DNA of 64,000 nucleotides from a virus. Under the pieces are notes generated by a model. That model was not told the origin of the DNA, did not search any database, and worked only from the letters and a program-made list of their open reading frames with translations. Positions within the stretch are counted from its first letter, which is position 1. Every line of letters begins with the position of its first letter. Shown here piece after piece: positions 1 to 9,121 of the stretch. The DNA lies in IMG/VR virus record IMGVR_UViG_3300033149_006345, positions 1 to 64,000 of that record. The stretch is one strand, 5' to 3'. The translations under genes were made by a program, and so were the position numbers.

Positions 1-88
1 TCCATACCACGATATTTCTGGTATAACTCAAGCACCACTTCCCTGAGAGGTTTATTCCACGGATTCTTGTAGTTTCGTATCTTCGGTT

Positions 89-1303
89 TTACTTTTTCCT
101 TATGATCTTCTTTTTTTTTCTGGACAGCTTCTTAGGCTTCGGAAACATCTCAGGAAAATGTTCCTTCAGATATGCAACCGCCTCATCCGGCAGCTCCTCT
201 CTGGTGTCCGTATCCTGGTATGTTTCCTTCAGCAGAGAAATGAGATCGGCTTCCTCAAGATCGGATATATCCTCTTCCTCATATCCAGTTTCAATCAGCC
301 AAGCGTATACTTGGCTCTTTTCCTCGCTCTCTTCCTCTACCTCTTCCTCGGCTTCCTCTTCAGGCTCTTCTGTTTCCTCTTCGCCCCTCATTGCCTGATA
401 GAATTCAATGAGTTCGGGTGGGTAGTTTTCCTCCTCTTCAGGATCATAGGCATCGAGGATCATTTCAGCCAGATCCTCTTCGGTCTTGGCCTTTTTCATA
501 TGAAGAATCTTCAGCCCGACAGCCTTACCATATGCTTTCAATGTCCTCATATCGGGCATTTCAAATTCTACCTCTTCACCGGCCTCTTCCTCGGCTTCCT
601 CTTCAGGCTCTTCCTCGGTTATACCCCTGGTGCTCTTGTACCAATCAACCAGGGTATTCGGGAGATCATCATAGTCGCTTTCATCCAGCTCATCCATAGC
701 CTCAAGGATAGCCTCAGGGGTTGGTTTACAGCCGAGCAGGTTGCTCCAGCGCTTCAGTTTTATATCTGAGGGCTTTTCGTATGCAACTTCCTGCTCGGGT
801 TCAGCTTCGGCTTCAGGCTCACCCTCGTCTTCTACCTGACCAGAGATAATGGTATAGAAATGGAACAGCCCTTCACTCAGCTCTTCCCTGTCAGTTTCAT
901 CAAGGGCGTCTACTTCCTCATATACCTTACGAGCAAGTTCCTGATAGTCGGCATCATTCATACGCTTCTTATACTTGATACCGAGTTCATCAGCGTATTC
1001 TCTCAGCTCTTCTTTCGTGAAAGCAACCTCGTCCGGTTCCGGCTCAGGAGCCTTTGCCTTTTTGGCTTTAGCAGCCTTTTCAGTTTTCTTTGCCCTTTTG
1101 GGCTTGCTTTTGCCACCGGTCTGGCTTTTCTGGCTTTCCAGCCACTCCAGTTGTTCTTCGGTACATTCCTCCGGGTTCTCCTGCATATATTGAATCAGCT
1201 TTTCAGTAAGCTCTTCCTTGCTCTCACCGATTTTGGTTGCTATACCAAAACCCTTCTTTCCGGCCCATTTCTTTAGAGTGATAAACGATACATCCTTACC
1301 CAT
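89..1303 (-). CDS. Highly acidic protein with several HeH/Rho-N/SAP-like helical repeats and a Lys/Arg-rich C-tail
   Basis: Repeats LKKWAGKKGFG..KEELTEKL, ELREYADELGIK..YQELARKV, LKAYGKAVGLK..EEDLAEMIL separated by Glu-rich linkers; SD AGAAAGGAG upstream. Confidence 0.6.
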   Translation of the reverse strand: MGKDVSFITLKKWAGKKGFGIATKIGESKEELTEKLIQYMQENPEECTEEQLEWLESQKSQTGGKSKPKRAKKTEKAAKAKKAKAPEPEPDEVAFTKEELREYADELGIKYKKRMNDADYQELARKVYEEVDALDETDREELSEGLFHFYTIISGQVEDEGEPEAEAEPEQEVAYEKPSDIKLKRWSNLLGCKPTPEAILEAMDELDESDYDDLPNTLVDWYKSTRGITEEEPEEEAEEEAGEEVEFEMPDMRTLKAYGKAVGLKILHMKKAKTEEDLAEMILDAYDPEEEENYPPELIEFYQAMRGEEETEEPEEEAEEEVEEESEEKSQVYAWLIETGYEEEDISDLEEADLISLLKETYQDTDTREELPDEAVAYLKEHFPEMFPKPKKLSRKKKKIIRKK

Positions 1304-1327
1304 CTTTACTCTCCTTTCTTTTTTCGA

Positions 1328-1807
1328 TTATTGTGCTTCTGTATCAACTACTTCCGGTCTCATTGGCTCCAACAGCTCTTGTATTTGGCACCTCCTTCCT
1401 ATAACTCTTGCTATTTGTTCTTTGATAGAGGCAGGGCATTTCACAAATGTCATACCCAAATCCCCACCCTTTACCTCGAATAGCCATAGTCCTTGGCATA
1501 TGAAGTAATCGTATAACAACTTATTATCCCGAATTCTACTTGCTTTTACAAATTCGATAGTTTTATATCCCTTCCTCCAGAATAGGCAATGCACCCAGGT
1601 GGGTGCGACAAGTGCCACTATTTTAAGCGATAAATTCAGGTTGTCAACCACTTTTTTTGCGGAATCGTACTTGTCTGGAATTGTTATCCTTTTTTGCCTC
1701 AGCCCGGCATACCCCATCGCTTTTATGGTTTCTATTTGACCATACGAGGGGTAATGCCGGGAGATGAACACAATTTTATCTCTCATATATTGCTTTTGCT
1801 GTCTCAT
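1328..1807 (-). CDS. Hypothetical phage protein (FISRH...VALVAP motifs)
   Basis: 159-aa ORF co-oriented in the operon; Rossmann-like alternation of strands and helices. Confidence 0.65.
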   Translation of the reverse strand: MRQQKQYMRDKIVFISRHYPSYGQIETIKAMGYAGLRQKRITIPDKYDSAKKVVDNLNLSLKIVALVAPTWVHCLFWRKGYKTIEFVKASRIRDNKLLYDYFICQGLWLFEVKGGDLGMTFVKCPASIKEQIARVIGRRCQIQELLEPMRPEVVDTEAQ

Positions 1808-2207
1808 AAAATTTTCCTAGCTGGAACATTTCAGTTATTACCAACATAACCTTCGACCATTTGTCCTTTTCGCTATTATAGCAAGCACAGATTACTTTTA
1901 TTCGGCAATCCAAACATTCAGTAGCTTGCCATGAACAGTCATATTTGGTTTGTCTGGAGCACAGCGTTTTATATCGCCTTATAGCTGCAAGTCGCCATTT
2001 GCCTGCTTTCTCATGCGGTACTAACTTCTCAGTACCGTCAGGGAATGCAACAGTCACACCGGCTCTCGCTATATTCTTCACACGTGCTACCGTTCCGTTA
2101 ACTTGCAATAAAGCTCCCCTTGTTATAAGCAAGTTATAGTTAGTCACGTACCACGATGATACGCTTCTTACCGGCTTTGAGGACAATTTTATTTGTATTG
2201 GTGCCAC
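1776..2207 (-). CDS. Hypothetical protein with a Cys-rich C-terminus; start uncertain
   Basis: Fills the gap between operon genes; CxxC motif. Confidence 0.5.
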   Translation of the reverse strand: MAPIQIKLSSKPVRSVSSWYVTNYNLLITRGALLQVNGTVARVKNIARAGVTVAFPDGTEKLVPHEKAGKWRLAAIRRYKTLCSRQTKYDCSWQATECLDCRIKVICACYNSEKDKWSKVMLVITEMFQLGKFYETAKAIYER

Positions 2208-3129
2208 TATCTTTCTCCTTCTTTCGTACCTTAGTTATCTTCTTAGCAGCTAACAGCTTACGTTTTACAGCCCCTACCTTTGGAGCCTTTTCCAATGCTT
2301 CAGCCACTTCAGAGAAAGATTTGGCTATCTCCTCCTTCAGCTCTTCATCGGATTTAATTGTTTTGAGTCCAGCCTCATCAACATCGGTTAGAATCTCTCT
2401 TGCTTGCTCTGCATATTGTTTTAGTTCGTCATCGTTAAATATATTTTTCTTGTCGAATATATCCAGGAAACTTTCTAACTTCTCAAATACTGAGGAATGT
2501 ATTCTCTCGCCTTGAAGAGTTTTTGCGGCACGCTTTATAAGCTCCCGCATCTGCTCCCTCAAGGCAAGGATCATTCCTTCCTTTGCCTCCCTTAGAGTAT
2601 CCTGAAATTTCTTAACCTCTGCCTGATAGCGTTCGGGGGAAAGCAATCCCAGCTTTGCATCAGGCACGGATAGTACATAAAAGCTCCAGGTGAAGCTGTA
2701 CTTGCTCCTGATATAATCGACAGAGGGATAATCCTCCAGCCGGAAATATTTGCCCAGCTCATTTTGGGCTTGGGCAACAGCCTCATCCCAACGAGCTAAT
2801 ATGTTCTCTACTTCAGCATCGAATTCCTCTTTCAATTCGCTAAACTCTGCATCTAACTGTTGCAATAGGTCTCTGGATACAAAATGTATTCCCCTTATAG
2901 GGAATGGTAAAGTATATCTATTCAAGCAATCCCGTGCTCTGTTATAAATAGACGTAAGGTTATCGAATAGCGACGGGTCTATGAGTTTCTTTGTGGTATT
3001 GAACCACTCTTCATTGAGATCAACGTCTTCTAACCGAATAGTTTTGCGGTTTCCCCAGCGTTTAATTGATAGGTGTACTAAGCAACCCCTTTCAAACAAC
3101 GATGTAATTTCTCTTGCTATATTGCTCAT
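2140..3129 (-). CDS. DUF3150-family protein
   Basis: N-terminal LVHLSIKRWGNRKTIRLEDV...KKLIDP...ARDCL..LPF..GIHFV pattern followed by long helical/coiled-coil region. Confidence 0.7.
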   Translation of the reverse strand: MSNIAREITSLFERGCLVHLSIKRWGNRKTIRLEDVDLNEEWFNTTKKLIDPSLFDNLTSIYNRARDCLNRYTLPFPIRGIHFVSRDLLQQLDAEFSELKEEFDAEVENILARWDEAVAQAQNELGKYFRLEDYPSVDYIRSKYSFTWSFYVLSVPDAKLGLLSPERYQAEVKKFQDTLREAKEGMILALREQMRELIKRAAKTLQGERIHSSVFEKLESFLDIFDKKNIFNDDELKQYAEQAREILTDVDEAGLKTIKSDEELKEEIAKSFSEVAEALEKAPKVGAVKRKLLAAKKITKVRKKEKDSGTNTNKIVLKAGKKRIIVVRD

Positions 3130-3494
3130 GTTTCTATCTCCAGTATGAGATTGTCGTTTTGCTCATAGGTTTGCAGGTTTACATACCCACAAGCCAACGC
3201 AGCATCTTTACCTGCTTCAATGGTATAGTAAGCAAGCAATGTAGATGCTTCATTTCCTATGGTACGAGGTGCCATATCATCATAAACAAGATCGTATGTT
3301 CCTTGCTCGTTTGCCTTTACACCAACCCCAAGCTTACTATTGGGAAAGGTTATAGCATGGTCACATCGCTCGGTGGTATACCATAGAGTGACCTCTTTCT
3401 GGTTATAGTTGAGCTTGCCTCCAATCTTCTCGGCAGCTCGTGCCAATGCACCAAGGTTTTGTATATCAGCCTTCACTTGAACCCTTTTGCTCAT
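3126..3494 (-). CDS. DUF1257 (Ycf35-like) protein
   Basis: MSKRVQVKADIQNLGALARAAEKIG...GVGVKANEQGTYDLVYDD; start placed at second Met after GGAG SD; next to DUF2997 and Ycf46-type ATPase. Confidence 0.75.
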   Translation of the reverse strand: MSKRVQVKADIQNLGALARAAEKIGGKLNYNQKEVTLWYTTERCDHAITFPNSKLGVGVKANEQGTYDLVYDDMAPRTIGNEASTLLAYYTIEAGKDAALACGYVNLQTYEQNDNLILEIET

Positions 3495-3507
3495 GGTTAT
3501 ATCTCCT

Positions 3508-3720
3508 TTATCCACAGAATGGCTTGAAGCAAATCTTGTCCTCTTCCTCTATCTCATTACCCATATAAAACTCAGGTTTGAGATCTTCGGCAACCTCTTC
3601 GCCAAGAGCCTTACGCAAAATATCAACAACCTCGGCGCATGTGCTTCCGGTATAACCGAAAGCCTCAATGTTGACTTCGCCTGTCTTCTTGTTTGCGGTT
3701 ATAACCACTTTCTTCATCAT
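3508..3720 (-). CDS. DUF2997-family protein
   Basis: GEVNIEAFGYTGSTC...ALG....LKPEFY signature. Confidence 0.8.
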   Translation of the reverse strand: MMKKVVITANKKTGEVNIEAFGYTGSTCAEVVDILRKALGEEVAEDLKPEFYMGNEIEEEDKICFKPFCG

Positions 3721-3986
3721 TTCTCCTTTCTTGCTGGATTCTTCTTATAGAAAGAGTCTACTGGTTTCCAGAATTTGAAAACCATCTCCGTATACCCAAC
3801 AGAATAAAACTCTTCCAATCTCCACTCACAGGGTTTTCCCAATGCTAAATCACTTTTGTACATCTGGATCACTTCTTTCAGTAATCTAGCCCTATACCTG
3901 TGTACCTGCTTACTACGCCATCCGAATAATACTTTCGCTATGATATAGGGCAATAGAACAGTAAGTGCTCCTGTTCTTATATCCAT
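3717..3986 (-). CDS. Hypothetical protein with N-terminal hydrophobic segment
   Basis: 89-aa ORF tightly packed between neighbours. Confidence 0.65.
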   Translation of the reverse strand: MDIRTGALTVLLPYIIAKVLFGWRSKQVHRYRARLLKEVIQMYKSDLALGKPCEWRLEEFYSVGYTEMVFKFWKPVDSFYKKNPARKEK

Positions 3987-3989
3987 ACA

Positions 3990-5684
3990 TTATGTCCCTT
4001 TCCTAACCTTTTTCACCTTCCGCTTTACATGGATTTTCCTCTCCTTTACGATTCCCATATCAACCTTTGGGCGCAAAGCCTTTGGCTTGGCAAAGTGCCC
4101 CGCCGGTATTGTGTTTTCCTTGATATATTTCTGAATCCTCTCCACGGATTCAGCATCAACCTTCCTGATTGGTCGTACATATTTCATAGCTTCGGCGATC
4201 CCACATTGGAGCATCTTGCAATGCTTGACTATTGTCTTCAGCTCGGCATGGGAATATCCGCAAAGAGCATCGTTTATTAGCTTATCATCAACCTCATCCA
4301 AGATATGTTCTACATCGTAGAATTTTGAATAATATACCAGGTTGGCGGCTATTTCATCAGGAGATGGTAAATCTACACCCCATATGGAATCCCACCGACC
4401 GGCCCTTTTGAACTCCGGGGGCAGATCGGCAATGTTGTTGCAAGTGGCGACTACATATACCCCCTCCGGTTTCTTATCCAGCCATTTCAGGAATATGCTA
4501 CCGACCCCGGCTTTCGTACCGGCATCTGTATGCCCGGAGCTTTGAATACCGGACAACCCCTTTTCAATTTCATCAAAGATAGCAATAGCAGGCGCCATTG
4601 CATCAATAACCTTGAAGGTATTCAATGCTTGTTGCTCAGCCTGACCGACTATACCACCACCTGCCGCTCGCATACGCTCAAAGGAAACGAGGATGGCAGG
4701 AATATTCAATTCGTTGGCTAAGGCTTCGGCGGTATACGTCTTACCGGTGCCGGGAACGCCGACTACCAATATACCCTGAGCCAATGGATTCATGGCGGTC
4801 TTGGAGAGATATTCAATCAAATTCTCCAGACCCACCACATCATCAAAGGTATGTGTGGCGCTGGATATCTCCAGCGTTGCAGTTTTCTTTACCTGTTGCT
4901 TTTTGATTTCACCAATAATTAACGGATCAAACGAGGGAGATATTTCACCCTCTTCACCAGCTTCCTGCAATTCCCTGGTTATACTTTCAGTAAGGGCCAG
5001 GGATAAAGCGTTCTCGACTTCCAGATGGGTCATACCTTTAGCTGCAATAACAGCGTCCCTGGATAGCTCCACCAAAAAGCGTTCTTCCGGTGGATCAATC
5101 TCAGGGTTCCAGTCGGTATTGATAAACTCTTCATACCCGGCCAGTATACCCATCATAATCTCTTTAATTTCATCCTCAGTCGGCAAAGGAAAATCCACCA
5201 ACTGAAATAGACGGTCAACTTCCGGTGGTAGGTAAAACGAAGGCGATATAACAATCAAAGTTTTCCCGGTCGCCTTCCATTCAATCGAATCGTTTGAGAT
5301 TTGCTGTGCGAACCTCAGATATTGAGCGTTCCTTCTATTATCCAAAAACTTATCATAGTTTTGCACAAAGATGATTGTGTTAGATGGGGCACCGGATAAT
5401 ATCGCCAATGGATATAACGGCGATTCCGGCGGTATATTGGTTTGCGTTTTGGCAATTATCTCTGTAGGATTTATTTCACCCTCGTCCGGGCTTATATCGC
5501 TTATCCCCCGAGGCGTAACTTTATAGAAGCCTCGGGCGACATCCCAGCCATAAGTACGAAATGGCTCCTTCATGTTGAGGCTCAACTCTTCCACTTCTTT
5601 AGCAAGACCAAGCAAAGCACGCTGAGGCTCAAGCGTGTTGCAATACAAGCAAGGATATCCCGCAATGATATATTCCTTAATCAT
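3990..5684 (-). CDS. Ycf46-type AAA+ ATPase (degenerate N-terminal AAA domain plus intact C-terminal AAA domain)
   Basis: Walker A GVPGTGKT, Walker B AIFDEIEK, sensor/SRH ATCNNIADLPPEFKRAGRWD; N-terminal AGYPCLY..T.EP.R and LPPEV..L....DFPLP motifs. Confidence 0.88.
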   Translation of the reverse strand: MIKEYIIAGYPCLYCNTLEPQRALLGLAKEVEELSLNMKEPFRTYGWDVARGFYKVTPRGISDISPDEGEINPTEIIAKTQTNIPPESPLYPLAILSGAPSNTIIFVQNYDKFLDNRRNAQYLRFAQQISNDSIEWKATGKTLIVISPSFYLPPEVDRLFQLVDFPLPTEDEIKEIMMGILAGYEEFINTDWNPEIDPPEERFLVELSRDAVIAAKGMTHLEVENALSLALTESITRELQEAGEEGEISPSFDPLIIGEIKKQQVKKTATLEISSATHTFDDVVGLENLIEYLSKTAMNPLAQGILVVGVPGTGKTYTAEALANELNIPAILVSFERMRAAGGGIVGQAEQQALNTFKVIDAMAPAIAIFDEIEKGLSGIQSSGHTDAGTKAGVGSIFLKWLDKKPEGVYVVATCNNIADLPPEFKRAGRWDSIWGVDLPSPDEIAANLVYYSKFYDVEHILDEVDDKLINDALCGYSHAELKTIVKHCKMLQCGIAEAMKYVRPIRKVDAESVERIQKYIKENTIPAGHFAKPKALRPKVDMGIVKERKIHVKRKVKKVRKGT

Positions 5685-5979
5685 CTTCTATCTCCTTTTC
5701 TTTATGCAACATACACCATACATCATGGTTTATTTGCAAATTCAACCATAACTCTGGCGTAGTATCAAAAACCCGTGATAAGCGTATAGCCATATCAGTA
5801 GTGACAGAACATTTCTCGTTCACAAGTTTAGAAGCGGTTTTCCTTGATACACCCAACCGTTTTGATAACTCTGTAACTGACATACCCAATGGTTTTAGAT
5901 AGCCATATTTTATCACTCGCCCTGGGTGTACAGGGCACCTTTCCCTTTCAATAATGGGAGGTATAACTTTCTCATTCAT
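5677..5979 (-). CDS. higA: HigA-family antitoxin (HTH-XRE), no adjacent toxin
   Basis: HPGRVIK..YLKPLGMSVTELSKRLGVSRKTASKLVNEKCSVTTDMAIRLSRVFDTTPELWLNLQ. Confidence 0.88.
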   Translation of the reverse strand: MNEKVIPPIIERERCPVHPGRVIKYGYLKPLGMSVTELSKRLGVSRKTASKLVNEKCSVTTDMAIRLSRVFDTTPELWLNLQINHDVWCMLHKEKEIEDD

Positions 5980-6061
5980 TTTTTCCTCTTTTTGCATATT
6001 TTCATATGCGAGACGCTGAAAGAATAGAGGAGCCTGCCTAACTCGCCCAATAGTTAGAGCA

Positions 6062-6304
6062 TCAATTTCCCCCCCTGAACGGCTCCTTTAACCATCTCCT
6101 GCAATTTGCGACTTCCATTTTTACAAGAGTCTCATATCTGCGTCCTTTGAGGATAGAATTAACACGTAGGGCTTCTACTTCATTAAAAATCAAATGTGCA
6201 ATAATATGCCCAGGTATATTGTGCTCTTTGGATACACTTTGTACAAAATCCCTGAACTCCTCAACCTCCCACATTCTTTTCTCTCTTTCTTCATTACAGA
6301 ACAT
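6062..6304 (-). CDS. Hypothetical protein
   Basis: 80-aa ORF with AAAGGAG SD. Confidence 0.65.
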   Translation of the reverse strand: MFCNEEREKRMWEVEEFRDFVQSVSKEHNIPGHIIAHLIFNEVEALRVNSILKGRRYETLVKMEVANCRRWLKEPFRGGN

Positions 6305-6330
6305 AACTTATCTCCTTTCCGGAGGTATAG

Positions 6331-6419
6331 AATACAGCGGGGGGTGGGGCAAAGAAGCACAACCGAGAGAAAGAGCAAGAAAATATATCTTTCAGTCCCC
6401 TCTTCTCTCCCGCTGTATT
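6331..6419 (-). promoter_or_regulatory. Intergenic structured element (11-bp inverted repeat enclosing a second possible stem)
   Basis: AATACAGCGGG (6331-6341) and CCCGCTGTATT (6409-6419). Confidence 0.45.
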
Positions 6420-6429
6420 TATGTTTTAT

Positions 6430-7068
6430 TTATTTTTTATTCAGGAGCATAAACACAGTTTTAGGACTATCAAAATGTTGTTTGAGAACTTCTAATACTT
6501 TAGCAAAAACCTGACAGACTTTTTGTGAACGATAAAAATAGTCACACGGTTTGTTTACTCTCATCCAGGTATTTGGGTGAGAATCAATAACTCCTTTAAT
6601 CTCTACATAGTCGGGGAAGTTTTTAACAGGAAATGTTATTAAACCATCTAAAAGAGTAATATTTTTTCCTTGATGTAACATTGGCTCAACTTTTTCTACT
6701 ATTGCAAGTTTGATTGCTTTTAACACTTTCATCTCTTCGCTGTCATTCCGACAATTTTTGGGAAGAATCACGCCCTTTAGGCAGTGATGCTCCCCCAGAC
6801 AGATTCCCCGGATTCGCATAGGGTTTGTATATCCGCGGATTTCCTTTAAGTGTTTAAGGGCATAATCTAAACTGTCTGTCCACAAGATCTCACTGGTACC
6901 CTCAATCTTATAGGGCCAGATACTATCTTGAGCAATGTACTCTTCAAATGTGATATAGTGAGTATACATTTCTACAATTTGGCGAACAGCTTTCTCCCGT
7001 GTTTCCCGGTCTTCACTATGATAACGCATATATAAATTGTAATCAAATGGTTGGTGTTCCCATCTCAT
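6430..7068 (-). CDS. Hypothetical protein
   Basis: Long ORF; start at second Met after AAGGAG SD. Confidence 0.7.
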   Translation of the reverse strand: MRWEHQPFDYNLYMRYHSEDRETREKAVRQIVEMYTHYITFEEYIAQDSIWPYKIEGTSEILWTDSLDYALKHLKEIRGYTNPMRIRGICLGEHHCLKGVILPKNCRNDSEEMKVLKAIKLAIVEKVEPMLHQGKNITLLDGLITFPVKNFPDYVEIKGVIDSHPNTWMRVNKPCDYFYRSQKVCQVFAKVLEVLKQHFDSPKTVFMLLNKK

Positions 7069-7086
7069 TTTCTTCTCCTTTTGCAT

Positions 7087-7707
7087 TTATATGATAATCT
7101 CGACATTTGTTGGTGTCACTCTCTCAAAAGCTAATTTCTTTCCATACCGACAATACCTACCCCCGACCTTGCACTTGACAAGCACCTTGGGGGCATTGAG
7201 ATACTTGGAATCGGCAGGAAAAGGGGCAAACCGGGCATCCAATATATCCTCGTAGACGTATAAGCCGCCATTATGCCCTTTCCTGGGAGTTTCCTTTCTC
7301 TCCACCCCCAAGACCCAGGGGGAGCCATCGTAAACCGAATATAGCCTGCCATCTTCACCAATGGCTAGCTTCTTGTAAGCATAGCCATATTTGCAGGCTC
7401 TTGTTTTTGTCTGCTTTCTGGTCTTATATTCCTCCAAATCCTTCTTTGCGATATAAGAAGCCTGCCACCTGATTGTCTCGTCGTCTGCGCCATGCTTGGC
7501 AACAAGATTTTCAACATGCCTTTTGGTTCTGCAATGCAACAAGTACGAAAATGGATACTGGCGAGAGGGCCAACGGATATATCTGCAACATTCGCACTCT
7601 TCCCATTCGTCAGGATACCAACGCCCGGCTCGATCAAACGAGCCTTTTGGATGACACAAACGCTGTTCTCTGGCAAGATGAATTGCCAGGATAATATCCT
7701 GCGACAT
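7087..7707 (-). CDS. Hypothetical Cys/His-rich phage protein, first gene of the leftward operon
   Basis: HPKGSFDRAGRWYP...CECCRYIRWPSRQYPFSYLLHCRT; SD GAAAGGAG. Confidence 0.75.
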   Translation of the reverse strand: MSQDIILAIHLAREQRLCHPKGSFDRAGRWYPDEWEECECCRYIRWPSRQYPFSYLLHCRTKRHVENLVAKHGADDETIRWQASYIAKKDLEEYKTRKQTKTRACKYGYAYKKLAIGEDGRLYSVYDGSPWVLGVERKETPRKGHNGGLYVYEDILDARFAPFPADSKYLNAPKVLVKCKVGGRYCRYGKKLAFERVTPTNVEIII

Positions 7708-7731
7708 TTTTTCTCCTTTCCTGTTCCCTAG

Positions 7732-7813
7732 TTTTTGGCGTTCTGGATAAAGGATTCTCGACTTTTTGCCGTTCTGTATGAGAGAAATAAATTCTCCAGT
7801 TTTTTGCGTTCTG
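7732..7813. repeat. Three direct repeats of about TTTTTG(G/C)CGTTCTG
   Basis: Copies at 7732, 7763 and 7800; related GCGTTCT cores at 11737-11786. Confidence 0.75.
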
Positions 7814-8051
7814 ATGATTAAAAGGAAAGCTCATCCTCTCTTTTAAGGTATATGTTGCTTGAGGTATACCCTTCTGCTGGTATACCAGTTATCTCAGATA
7901 TAGTCGCTTGTTGGGTATACCTGCCCTTAGCCTCTATACCACCCCTGGCTGGGGTATATTGTGTTTGTTATACATTGCCCTGCCCCCTATACGCCAATTA
8001 TGTCAATTATGTTAACACCTATATATAAACGCCGATATGCGATTTTGGCGC

Positions 8052-8080
8052 ATTGTGCCACCTTGACCACCGAAAGTTAA
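8052..8080 (-). promoter_or_regulatory. Candidate leftward sigma70 promoter
   Basis: Minus strand TTAACT-17 nt-(TGG)CACAAT followed by GCGCCAAAATCG, mirroring the rightward promoter. Confidence 0.4.
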
Positions 8081-8142
8081 CAGAAAAATTTTTCCGTAGT
8101 CATTTCGGCCAGTTGGCACAAAAGTTTGTGTGCAAAAAACGC

Positions 8143-8171
8143 TTGACAACGGCAATTGGCTATGGTACCAT
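8143..8171 (+). promoter_or_regulatory. Near-consensus sigma70 (early-type) promoter
   Basis: TTGACA (8143-8148), 17-nt spacer, extended -10 TGG-TACCAT (8166-8171). Confidence 0.8.
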
Positions 8172-8245
8172 AGCGCCAAAATCGTGAATCACTTTTTGAC
8201 AATTAAATACAGTTATTATTAACCCGAACCAGAGGAGTAAAGAAA

Positions 8246-8692
8246 ATGAAATGCCCTAAATGCAACTATGAAATTGATGCTCTCCGTGCCGATGTAATTA
8301 GAATTTTAGACGGAGAATGTCCATCTAGTTGTGATGACGCTGTAGTAATCAGCGTCAGGTGTCCCAAATGCTTATTTAAGGTTTTCGGGAAGACAGTAGC
8401 CCAAGAATATGCTACTTGGGCTATAAACGAATACCCGGAATGGGTAGAAACTGGATTCACAGCGGAGTTAAAAAACACTTCCCTTGATGAAGACCTTTAT
8501 ATCTTCCCAAAGGATGGGAAGGTATATCTTGCGGAAAGAGCACGAATAATTTATTCTGGAGGTCCAGACGATGATCTTCCAGATATACCTGACGAAACCG
8601 ATTTGAAACTAGAGGTTTTAGACGACGGAAGATGGTTTATCCGTCGTCTAGATAGAGTAATAGCTGAAATTAAGCATTACAACAACAACTAG
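8246..8692 (+). CDS. Hypothetical zinc-ribbon protein
   Basis: Two CPKC motifs; SD GAGGAG. Confidence 0.75.
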   Translation: MKCPKCNYEIDALRADVIRILDGECPSSCDDAVVISVRCPKCLFKVFGKTVAQEYATWAINEYPEWVETGFTAELKNTSLDEDLYIFPKDGKVYLAERARIIYSGGPDDDLPDIPDETDLKLEVLDDGRWFIRRLDRVIAEIKHYNNN

Positions 8693-8707
8693 AAGGGAGG
8701 TATAACT

Positions 8708-9121
8708 ATGGCTAAAACGACTAAGACGAAAGTAAAGGTAGAGAAGCTGAAGAAAGGTATGTTGGGAAAAGGAAACAGATTTGCGGATGTGGATATAACT
8801 CCACGGTACGTAAAAAAGGATAGAAAACTAACACAACGAGATATAAAAGCAATTGATGAACAAACCAAAGACCTAGAAGCACTATTGAAAGATCCTGGAG
8901 CCAAAGCAGATTTAACAAAACAGCTCCAGATCAGCGATATACCTATTAGTGACAACCAGATTGTTCATGCTGTCCGATCTCAACCTAGTGTTGAGATCAA
9001 AAAAGATGCCAAAGGTAATGTGTCCTTCACTGTCAAGGTATACTCAGACGATATGGAGGATGCTTATACCAAGGCTGTTGATATAGCGGAACGCTTAGTA
9101 GCTATGGAGCTACAAAAATGA
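8708..9121 (+). CDS. Hypothetical protein with basic N-terminus
   Basis: SD GGAGG; 137 aa. Confidence 0.75.
   Translation: MAKTTKTKVKVEKLKKGMLGKGNRFADVDITPRYVKKDRKLTQRDIKAIDEQTKDLEALLKDPGAKADLTKQLQISDIPISDNQIVHAVRSQPSVEIKKDAKGNVSFTVKVYSDDMEDAYTKAVDIAERLVAMELQK

Noticed and set aside
1-120. Possible -1 frameshift at A AAA AAG near the end of the 404-aa gene, with the -1 frame open to the window edge
   Set aside because: Only about 37 codons are visible, the A-run is explained by the poly-Lys tail, and downstream GTG/ATG starts exist; cannot be judged here
102-1276. Plus-strand ORFs of 98-203 aa opposite the acidic protein gene
   Set aside because: Antisense shadows of a low-complexity Glu-rich gene, with no SD sites
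8114-8132. Sigma54 promoter (TGGCAC...)
   Set aside because: The GG-N10-GC spacing is not met
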